Below are positions 58,601 through 64,000 of a stretch of DNA of 64,000 nucleotides, piece after piece. Both the position numbers and the translations under genes were made by a program. This DNA comes from Haliotis cracherodii (lineage: Eukaryota). The stretch is taken from contig NW_027266275.1 in the NCBI RefSeq assembly GCF_022045235.1, forward strand, positions 372,001-436,000. The letters are read 5' to 3'. A model generated the notes under the pieces. The model saw only the letters and a list, made by a program, of their open reading frames with translations. It had not been told where the DNA came from and did not search any database. How positions within the stretch are numbered: the stretch's first letter is position 1; every line of letters starts with the position of its first letter.

Positions 58601-61386
58601 AACAGTGACTGCACCAACCGAATAGTGAACGCAAAGCAAATGAAGAGAAAGATAACTAACTGAGTGAGACAAACCTCCTCCTCCAGCCCTTGGCTGATGT
58701 CCGCGGCAAGCTGTCGGGAGAAACACGGTACAATAAACACATACAGATGGACAGAGCGGACGTCTACCACAGCTTCAATACCCCATAGCAGCGCCACCAA
58801 ACAGCCAGTTGTGGGAACATTCACAGCGCGGTTTAGAAGTAGGGATGTTTTTCTTTACACAAAAAAAGTATTGGCACAGTCTCATCATTGAGAACTGATA
58901 TTCATGTGTTTAAATAAGAAATTGGAAAAACGCCACTTTTCAAGAAACATTAGAGGTTGTTTACAAACCTAGCCCCAATATGAGTTAATGGGGCATCAGG
59001 CCATGGTTGTGTTGGATCAAGAAGGGCCCCATCCATCTCCCCTAAGGCATCAGGTCGTGGTTGTAAGGGATCATACAGGGTCTCCCCTCCCATCTCCCCT
59101 GGGGCATCAGGTCATGGATCATACAGGACCTCACCCAACCATCACCCATGGGGCATCAGGTCGTGGGATTGTTGGACCATACAGGGCCTCCCAACCCATC
59201 TCCCATGGGGCATCAGGTTGTGGATGAATAAGGCCTCCCAACCCATCTCCCATGGGGCATCAGGTCGTGGATAAATAAGGCCTCCCAACCCATCTCCCCT
59301 GGCGTATCAGGTTGTGGATAAATAAGGCCTCCCAACCCATCTCCCCTGGCGTATCAGGTTGTGGATAAATAAGGCCTCCCAACCCATCTCCCCTGGGACA
59401 TCAGGTCGTGGATCATACAGGGCCTCCCCACCAGTCTCCCCTGGGGCATCAGGTTGTCGTAGTGTTGGATCATACAGGGCCTCCCCACCCGTCTCTCCTG
59501 GGGCATCAGGTTGTCGTAGTGTTGGATCATACAGGGCCTCCCCACCCGTCTCTCCTGGGGCATCAGGTTGTCGTAGTGTTGGATCATACAGGGCCTCCCC
59601 ACCCGTCTCTCCTGGGGCATCAGGTTGTCATACTGTTGGATCATACAGGGCCTCCCCACCCGTCTCCCCTAGGGCATCAGGTCGTGGATCATACAGGGCC
59701 TCCCAACCCGTCTCCCCTAGGGCATCAGGTCGTGGATCATACAGGGCCTCCCCACCCGTCTCCCCTAGGGCATCAGGTCGTGGATCATACAGGGCCTCCC
59801 CACCCGTCTCCCCAGTGGCATCAGGTCGTGGATCATACAGGGCCTCCCCACCCGTCTCTCCTAGGGCATCAGGTTGTCGTACTGTTGGATCATACAGGGC
59901 CTCCCCACCCGTCTCCCCTAGGGCATCAGGTCGTGGATCATACAGGGCCTCCCCACCCGTCTCCCCTAGGGCATCAGGTCGTGGATCATACAGGGCCTCC
60001 CCACCCGTCTCCCCTAGGGCATCAGGTCGTGAATCATACAGGGCCTCCCCACCCGTCTCTCCTAGGGCATCAGGTCGTGGATCATACAGGGCCTCCCCAC
60101 CCGTCTCCCCTAGGGCATCAGGTCGTGGATCATACAGGGCCTCCCCACCCGTCTCCCCTAGGGCATCAGGTCGTGGATCATACAGGGCCTCCCCACCCGT
60201 CTCTCCTAGGGCATCAGGTCGTGGATCATACAGGGCCTCCCCATCCGTCTCCCCTAGGGCATCAGGTCGTGGATCATACAGGGCCTCCCCACCCGTCTCC
60301 CCTAGGGCATCAGGTCGTGGATCATACAGGGCCTCCCCATCCATCTCTCCTAGGGCATCAGGTCGTGGATCATACAGGGCCTCCCCACCCGTCTCCCCAG
60401 GGGCATCAGGTCGTGGATCATACAGGGCCTCCCCACCAGTCTTCCCTAGGGCATCAGGTCGTGGATCATACAGGGCCTCCCCATCCATCTGCTACCACAG
60501 CTTCCAGAATGCATCCATCCCCTACCACGGCCCTAAAGTTAATCTTGGTATTGGTAGTATCCTGCTATGTATGAAATGCTGTTATGACCAGACATGCTAT
60601 AAGGATCAACACACACAGCACAACATCTGCACCTTGGGGAGCAACAGATCTGTGAGGGAGGCCTGACACGGGGACACCTTGACCCTATCTATAAGGACAG
60701 GCAAACATACTTTCTGGAGAACTATAATTATGCTTCATCAGCAGGTTTAGGACATACTTTATATTATTGCTGAGAGGGTCATTGTTGGGATGTTTCTGTA
60801 GACACAAATGTACCCTTGCTAAAATCAGAATACAGAAAGGTTCATTCAGGTTCATGTTGTAGCACTGGTTCGCCTGATGACAAGTGCATGCTGGGTAATG
60901 CTGTGCATCGTGGAATACTTGAGTATCGTACATACGTCACTGTGTTTGCTCATGTTTTATATAGCACACTGGAATGCGACTCATACAATAGTTCCTATCC
61001 ATTTATGGAAAGGAAATACCAAGAGAACCATATACAACGCGTACTTGAATACACCATGGTTTTGCATCAAGGTCATGTCGAACACATAATTGTTCAAAGA
61101 ACCAGTTTAGCGCATTGCGCAATACAGTCTGCAGCGGATTGAACTCATGCTAGGGCACCTTTCTGTATTCTGGTTTCAGTTGACTTTGACTATACAGAAA
61201 CATACCTAGAGTACATATCTGTAGTACCTGTGTCAACACGACCCCTTCAGCTATATTATTCAATATGTTTAACACCATGCAGGAAATAGATACAGCCATG
61301 ACGTTAAAGCCCCTCAGGCTTACTGAGCCCTCACCATCTTTTCCAGCTGTCGATAGGTCAAGGAAAAGTAGTTCACGCTCACAAGA
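7537..61386 (-). CDS. BAIAP3: BAI1-associated protein 3 / Munc13-4 (UNC13D)-like Unc13 protein, 3' portion (MUN domain + C2B); 17 exons in window, 5' exons lie beyond 64000
   Basis: Manual splicing of exons 61335-61386, 58675-58710, 55459-55625, 52298-52421, 49196-49264, 48874-48948, 48669-48770, 44952-45167, 22062-22130, 21732-21878, 20814-20927, 20618-20701, 14456-14537, 13264-13302, 12803-12926, 8100-8302, 7537-7634 gives one open frame with GT-AG introns. Motifs recalled from BAIAP3/UNC13D: TYRQLEK, LFELYLAL, FWKQLSWPD, LCITINNIEQVR, LVDFFHAKGKGL, DLIPLDANGLSDPY, MDHDLVFQNDFAGE, DKEAQEFVK. Invertebrate gene is probably co-orthologous to BAIAP3 and UNC13D. Confidence 0.93.
8100..8302 (-). 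CDS. BAIAP3: BAIAP3-like C2B exon (AVNPGQCQHKGATLLFTVMDHDLVFQNDFAGE...PKHK)
   Basis: acceptor cctgctgcag, donor AAG|gtagaa; 203 nt. Confidence 0.92.
8323..8373. repeat. (AAT)n microsatellite, continuing at 12465-12478 beyond the DIRS insertion
   Basis: aataat runs on both flanks of DIRS copy A. Confidence 0.85.
8375..12464 (-). mobile_element. DIRS1-like tyrosine-recombinase retrotransposon, internally deleted and decayed (copy A)
   Basis: Diverged ITRs about 8409-8574 / 12295-12457; ICR about 8647-8731 joins complements of both termini; gag-type Cys cluster CSKC..DPHPLCLNC; RNaseH end/MT remnant HIPGCRNIITDALSR..EWKLHP..IDLFATSQN; YR remnant FLLAFAT..SELHAL..LCPVRALRCYI. Confidence 0.9.
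12465..12602 (-). mobile_element. Probable 3' end of an L2-tailed SINE with (TTA)n tail
   Basis: Minus strand reads ...tcccatgggagctgag...agcgctttgagcatg...atgcgcaatatacat..tattattat, resembling L2-derived SINE tails (recalled, not searched). Confidence 0.5.
12803..12926 (-). CDS. BAIAP3: BAIAP3-like C2B exon (LSDPYVLVQLCP...KTLHPLFEESFEF)
   Basis: acceptor ccccccag, donor GTT|gtaagt; 124 nt. Confidence 0.92.
13264..13302 (-). CDS. BAIAP3: BAIAP3-like C2B exon (VLSAKDLIPLDANG)
   Basis: acceptor tttacag, donor ATG|gtgagt; 39 nt. Confidence 0.92.
13367..14140. repeat. 37-bp minisatellite (gctttacaaatagagccacaaggctctagagctatat)
   Basis: About 20 copies; ends about 65 nt from the acceptor at 13302. 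Confidence 0.95.
14150..14360 (+). mobile_element. Decayed SINE-like dispersed repeat of a type common in abalone
   Basis: aacccatgcttgtcgtaagaggc...tggattgtctggtccagact...gctggaatattgctgagt followed by a (caaa)-like tail; recognised from memory. Confidence 0.5.
14456..14537 (-). CDS. BAIAP3: BAIAP3-like exon, start of C2B (KQQESTEFGVLNFRAVYRYDSHTLYVE)
   Basis: acceptor tttctag, donor AAG|gtaggc; 82 nt, phase 0 to 1. Confidence 0.88.
16138..17317 (+). mobile_element. Tc1-family transposon, deleted pseudo-transposase
   Basis: TA flanks; TIR act(c/g)aacaaca(t/a)aagttcctgtgaca; HTH IGMLEAGLSLCDVARQFNVH, VLFTDE, DNARPH, WPAQSPDLSPIEQMWD, RGGHTRY* in broken frames. Confidence 0.92.
17757..18099. 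mobile_element. 343-bp MITE, Tc1/mariner superfamily (Tc2/pogo-type termini)
   Basis: Perfect 22-bp TIR ccgtattcgacgtaataagcgc; TA at 17755-17756 and 18100-18101. Confidence 0.88.
20618..20701 (-). CDS. BAIAP3: BAIAP3-like exon (ELRELLTFHKMDTTSLIETFYIQMAEIQ)
   Basis: acceptor tttttag, donor CAG|gtgagt; 84 nt. Confidence 0.9.
20814..20927 (-). CDS. BAIAP3: BAIAP3-like exon (RPPIFYQRMFDALGLLVDFFHAKGKGL...QQFQ)
   Basis: acceptor cccttccag, donor CAG|gtgagt; 114 nt. Confidence 0.92.
21188..21735. repeat. About 21-bp minisatellite derived from the donor of exon 21732-21878
   Basis: Sense unit ttggtg|gtacgtacttgtggg versus true junction gaggtg|gtacgtacttgtggg. Confidence 0.93.
21732..21878 (-). 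CDS. BAIAP3: BAIAP3-like exon (AVGDLLEYLDSNL...VLDNEEV)
   Basis: acceptor tttccag, donor GTG|gtacgt; 147 nt. Confidence 0.9.
22062..22130 (-). CDS. BAIAP3: BAIAP3-like exon (MRPDIKKDVFHLNWAPESLPADD)
   Basis: acceptor ttaatag, donor GAT|gtgagt; 69 nt; follows a 22.8-kb intron. Confidence 0.9.
22250..23703. repeat. 60-bp GC-rich satellite, segment 1 (gggtacctcactgactaacactactgccccgaggaaagctcctccacagccagctgtcac)
   Basis: About 24 copies; same family resumes at 24779, 35871 and 41993. Confidence 0.95.
23704..24778. mobile_element. 1075-bp non-autonomous PIF/Harbinger-like element
   Basis: TAA duplication 23701-23703 / 24779-24781; 16-bp TIR agccc(c/t)tatctcacat; many internal (c/t)acga motifs; removing it restores the satellite unit. 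Confidence 0.85.
24779..25225. repeat. 60-bp satellite, segment 2 (diverged)
   Basis: Same cactactg...cagccagctgtc...gtacctc core. Confidence 0.9.
26042..27982. mobile_element. Non-autonomous Kolobok-like DNA transposon
   Basis: TTAA at 26038-26041 and 27983-27986; AGG termini; bipartite TIR aggggcact(g/a)atctaacgc plus about 49-bp gactggttgttgcctttg...gtacccggatg. Confidence 0.85.
28961..35282 (-). mobile_element. DIRS1-like tyrosine-recombinase retrotransposon (copy B), intact cis-elements, decayed ORFs
   Basis: 174-bp ITRs 28998-29171 / 35099-35272 identical by eye; ICR 29235-29318 is the exact complement of the joined termini around aaattt; MT remnant PTLDLFASYLN..LVSPYWSARSW; integrase N-terminal remnant FQAFCSDKHQDP..ILVQFLLYL; YR remnant FLLVLTTAARV..HALDV. 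Confidence 0.93.
33105..33940. repeat. GC-rich compound minisatellite of 9-bp modules (gaggcgccg / ggagcgcac / agacatca) inside the DIRS gag region
   Basis: Visible tandem modules; gives PALPALP, GASGAS and Arg-rich ORFs. Confidence 0.9.
35871..36657. repeat. 60-bp satellite, segment 3
   Basis: Same family, with recurring multi-unit variants. Confidence 0.92.
36795..37146 (-). mobile_element. Full-length tRNA-derived SINE (MetaSINE-like) inserted in Gypsy gag
   Basis: 13-bp TSD caatgcctgatga (36782-36794 / 37147-37159); A box tggtctagtgg, B box ggttcgatccc; tail gacgttaaacccc..tcacctcacc; gag frame joins across it (LRSAMPDE|ALQVVRY). Confidence 0.92.
41789..41992 (+). repeat. 3' LTR of the Gypsy element (204 bp, TG...CA)
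   Basis: Starts TG after the purine tract, AATAAA at about 41917, ends CA where the satellite resumes; no second LTR for comparison. Confidence 0.75.
41993..42738. repeat. Satellite segment 4, homogenised 65-bp variant
   Basis: About 10 near-identical 65-bp units (cactactgccaccaggaaaagctcctccacagcacagccagctgtcgtagtacctcactgactaa). Confidence 0.95.
44952..45167 (-). CDS. BAIAP3: BAIAP3-like exon (LCITINNIEQVRR...VVDRVADK)
   Basis: acceptor ttgcag, donor AAG|gtgagc; 216 nt. Confidence 0.92.
45990..48170 (+). mobile_element. Highly decayed Ngaro/DIRS-like YR retrotransposon (gag-RT-RNaseH-YR remnants)
   Basis: WSTYDQQFR..RWD..LWL plus C..C.Y..KC..C gag-like region; YARFDDAINMVQQLGKGALQAKFDIKTAFR, YFDK*LPF; FLGFDINT..IPESK; EDLQMWLTFL; CPV..TRYQF YR-like pieces; ends not resolved. 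Confidence 0.75.
48669..48770 (-). CDS. BAIAP3: BAIAP3-like exon (DISNGAQLYADL...GQFDISEQ)
   Basis: acceptor ctgcag, donor CAG|gtaagt; 102 nt. Confidence 0.92.
48874..48948 (-). CDS. BAIAP3: BAIAP3-like exon (ITEFWKQLSWPDLVGAYQFVHRLVE)
   Basis: acceptor tcttcag, donor GAG|gtaata; 75 nt. Confidence 0.92.
49196..49264 (-). CDS. BAIAP3: BAIAP3-like exon (VAQVDAVVKYSTSAVDVCCCFAQ)
   Basis: acceptor ccttcag, donor CAG|gtgagc; 69 nt. Confidence 0.9.
49283..51660. repeat. 24-bp minisatellite (acagcagtaaactccatacagttc and variants)
   Basis: About 100 copies; begins about 20 nt from the acceptor at 49264. Confidence 0.95.
51658..52312. repeat. 36-bp minisatellite derived from the donor of exon 52298-52421
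   Basis: Sense unit gtggagcttgataag|gtcagacccagtaggatccat versus true junction gtggaacttgataag|gtcagacccagtagg; about 18 copies. Confidence 0.95.
52298..52421 (-). CDS. BAIAP3: BAIAP3-like exon (ELRSLAICQYYEWF...IRKAVELDK)
   Basis: acceptor tcctgacag, donor AAG|gtcaga; 124 nt, phase 2 to 0. Confidence 0.9.
52538..55474. repeat. 58/64-bp minisatellite derived from the donor of exon 55459-55625
   Basis: Sense unit cttgccacctgg|gtagtattacatgtagaatacatcagtcttgtacagtgagacacac; about 48 copies filling nearly the whole intron. Confidence 0.95.
55459..55625 (-). CDS. BAIAP3: BAIAP3-like exon (LGEEVNQD...TTLFELYLALQEFARYSNNLPP)
   Basis: acceptor cccctccctag, donor CCTGG|gtagta; 167 nt, phase 0 to 2. 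Confidence 0.9.
55648..56012. repeat. 34-bp minisatellite (acaggtgatgacttacacttcaactcacaggggg)
   Basis: About 10 copies abutting the polypyrimidine tract of exon 55459-55625. Confidence 0.92.
56415..56853. repeat. Compound C-rich repeat, about 3 copies of a 120-145-bp unit with internal 21-bp subrepeats
   Basis: aaattagtaatattttatttttattaacaccccctccctat recurs near 56446, 56589, 56733. Confidence 0.85.
58675..58710 (-). CDS. BAIAP3: Probable 36-nt BAIAP3-like micro-exon (LAADISQGLEEE)
   Basis: acceptor tttctcccgacag, donor GAG|gtttgt; symmetric phase 0; resembles the segment after RQLERL in human BAIAP3 (recalled as VAEEAWVLTEE). Confidence 0.65.
58990..60490. repeat. 48-bp (and 60-bp variant) minisatellite (ggatcatacagggcctccccacccgtctcccctagggcatcaggtcgt)
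   Basis: About 28 copies; source of the RASGRGSY / DPRPDALGE ORFs. Confidence 0.95.
61335..61386 (-). CDS. BAIAP3: BAIAP3-like exon (LVSVNYFSLTYRQLEKM)
   Basis: acceptor ttttcag, donor ATG|gtgagg; 52 nt, phase 2 to 0. Confidence 0.9.
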
Positions 61387-61452
61387 CTGAAAAACAAAAG
61401 GAACAGATTATTACACGTACATGAGAGGGCACCAACTGTGGTCCACAGACCT

Positions 61453-64000
61453 TGGACATGGAGGACTGCTCAACCACTGTGAGTGAGCAATGCTGGGACA
61501 TGGAGAAGTGCTCAACTACTGTGAGTGAGCAATGCTGGGACATGGAGGACTGCTCAACAACTGTGAGTGAGCTGACCTGGGACACGGAGAACTGCTCAAC
61601 AACTGTGAGTGAGCTGACCTGGGACATGGAGAACTGCTCAACAACTGTGAGTGAGCTGACCTGGGACATGGAGGACTGCTCAACAACTGTGAGTGAGCTG
61701 ACCTGGGACATGGAGGACTGCTCAACTACTGTGAGTGAGCTGACCTGTGACATGGAGAACTGCTCAACAACTGTGAGTGAGCTGACCTGGGACATGGAGA
61801 ACTGCTCAACAACTGTGAGTGAGCTGACCTGGGACATGGAGAACTGCTCAACAACTGTGACTGAGCTGACCTGGGACATGGAGAACTGCTCAACAACTGT
61901 GAGTGAGCTGACCTGGGACATGGAGAACTGCTCAACAACTGTGAGTGAGCAATGCTGGGACATGGAGAACTGCTCAACAACTGTGAGTGAGGTGCCCTGG
62001 GACATGGAGAACTGCTCAACAACTGTGAGTGAGCAATGCTGGGACATGGGGGACTGCTCAACAACTGTGAGTGAGCAATGCTGGGACATGGAGGACTGCT
62101 CAACTACCCTGAGTGAGCAATGCTGGGACATGGGGGACTGCTCAACTACCGTGAGTGAGCTGACCTGGGACATGGAGAACTGCTCAACAACTGTGAGTGA
62201 GCTGACCTGGGACATGGAGACCTGCTCAACTACTGTGAGTGAGCAATGCTGGGACATGGAGAACTGCTCAACTACTGTGAGTGAGCAATGCTGGGACATG
62301 GGGGACTGCTCAACTACTGTGAGTGAGCAATGCTGGGACATGGAGGACTACTCAACTACTGTGAGTGAGCAATGCTGGGACATGGAGGACTGCTCAACTA
62401 CTGTGAGTGAGCAATGCTGGGACATGGGGGACTGCTCAACAACTGTGAGTGAGCTGACCTGGGACATGGAGAACTGCTCAACTACTGTGAGTGAGCTGAC
62501 CTGGGACACGGAGAACTGCTCAACAACTGTGAGTGAGCTGACCTGGGACATGGAGAACTGCTCAACAACTGTGAGTGAGCTGACCTGGGACATGGAGAAC
62601 TGCTCAACAACTGTGAGTGAGCAATGCTGGGACATGGAGAACTGCTCAACAACTGTGACTGAGCTGATCTGGGACATGGAGAACTGCTCAACAACTGTGA
62701 GTGAGCTGACCTGGGACATGGAGAACTGCTCAACAACTGTGAGTGAGCAATGCTGGGACATGGAAAACTGCTCAACAACTGTGAGTGAGGTGCCCTGGGA
62801 CACGGAGAACTGCTCAACTACTGTGAGTGAGCTGACCTGGGACATGGAGAACTGCTCAACAACTGTGAGTGAGCTGACCTGGGACATGGAGACCTGCTCA
62901 ACTACTGTGAGTGAGCAATGCTGGGACATGGAGAACAGCTCAACTACTGTGAGTGAGCAATGCTGGGACATGGGGGACTGCTCAACAACTGTGAGTGAGC
63001 AATGCTGGGACATGGAGGACTGCTCAACTACTGTGAGTGAGCAATGCTGGGACATGGGGGACTGCTCAACTACTGTGAGTGAGCTGACCTGGGACATGGA
63101 GAACTGCTCAACTACTGTGAGTGAGCAATGCTGGGACATGGAGGACTGCTCAACAACTGTGAGGAATGCTGGGACATGGGGGACTGCTCAACTACTGTGA
63201 GTGAGCAATGCTGGGACATGGGGGACTGCTCAACTACTGTGAGTGAGCTGACCTGGGACATGGAGAACTGCTCAACTACTGTGAGTGAGCAATGCTGGGA
63301 CATGGAGGACTGCTCAACAACTGTGAGGAATGCTGGGACATGGGGGACTGCTCAACTACTGTGAGTGAGCAATGCTGGGACATGGGGGACTGCTCAACAA
63401 CTGTGAGGAATGCTGGGACATGGGGGACTGCTCAACTACTGTGAGTGAGCAATGCTGGGACATGGGGGACTGCTCAACAACTGTGAGGAATGCTGGGACA
63501 TGGGGGACTGCTAAACTACTGTGAGGAATGCTGGGACATTGGGGACTGCTCAACAACTGTGAGTGAGCTGACCTGGGACATGAGTGAGCAATGCTGGGAC
63601 ATGGAGGACTGTTCAACAACTGTGAGCAATGCTGGGACATGGAGGACTGTTCAACAACTCTGAGCAATGCTGGGACATGGAGGACTGCTCAACTACCGTA
63701 GACAATGCTGGGACATGGAGGACTGCTCAACTACCGTAGGCAATGCTGGGACATGGCTGACTGCTCAACTACTGTGAGAGAGCAATGCTGGGACATGGAG
63801 GACTGCTCAACCACTGTGAGTGAGCTGACCTGGGACATGGAGAACTGCTCAACTACTGTGAGTGAGCAATGCTGGGACATGGGGGACTGCTCAACTACTG
63901 TGAGCAATGCTGGGACATGGAGGACTGCTCAACTACTGTGAGCAATGCTGGGACATGGAGGACTGCTCAACGACTGTGAGCAATGCTGGGACATGGAGGA
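61453..64000. repeat. 42-bp minisatellite (tgggacatggagaactgctcaacaactgtgagtgagctgacc, with caatgc variant), runs off the window
   Basis: About 60 copies with two interspersed variants. Confidence 0.95.

Noticed and set aside
49157-63941. ORFs of 270-582 aa (FTAVNSIQ, RASGRGSY, DMENCSTTVSE repeats) as structural or antifreeze-like proteins
   Set aside because: They coincide exactly with intronic minisatellites whose unit lengths are multiples of 3; no independent gene structure.

Overview
Eukaryotic, repeat-rich invertebrate DNA, probably a mollusc (gastropod/abalone-like; inferred only from SINE types and intron style). The window holds the 3' part of one minus-strand gene, a BAIAP3/Munc13-4-type Unc13 protein (MUN domain plus C-terminal C2B). 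I assembled 17 GT-AG exons by hand from 61386 down to a TGA at 7537 (1801 nt, about 599 codons, all phases compatible). Most long ORFs in the supplied track are artefacts of tandem repeats. The introns contain about 15 unrelated minisatellite arrays and nested transposons: two DIRS1-type tyrosine-recombinase retroelements with ITR+ICR architecture, a decayed Ngaro/DIRS-like element, a 5'-truncated Gypsy element carrying a tRNA-SINE, two TTAA elements, a Kolobok-like element, a Tc1 fossil and MITEs. The most unusual signal is that three arrays are built from the gene's own exon/5'-splice-site junctions, giving tens of duplicated donor sites behind the true one, some of them in frame. Also notable are a DIRS copy with identical ITRs and a perfect ICR but wrecked ORFs, and one 60-bp satellite hit by three transposons at the same position of its unit.
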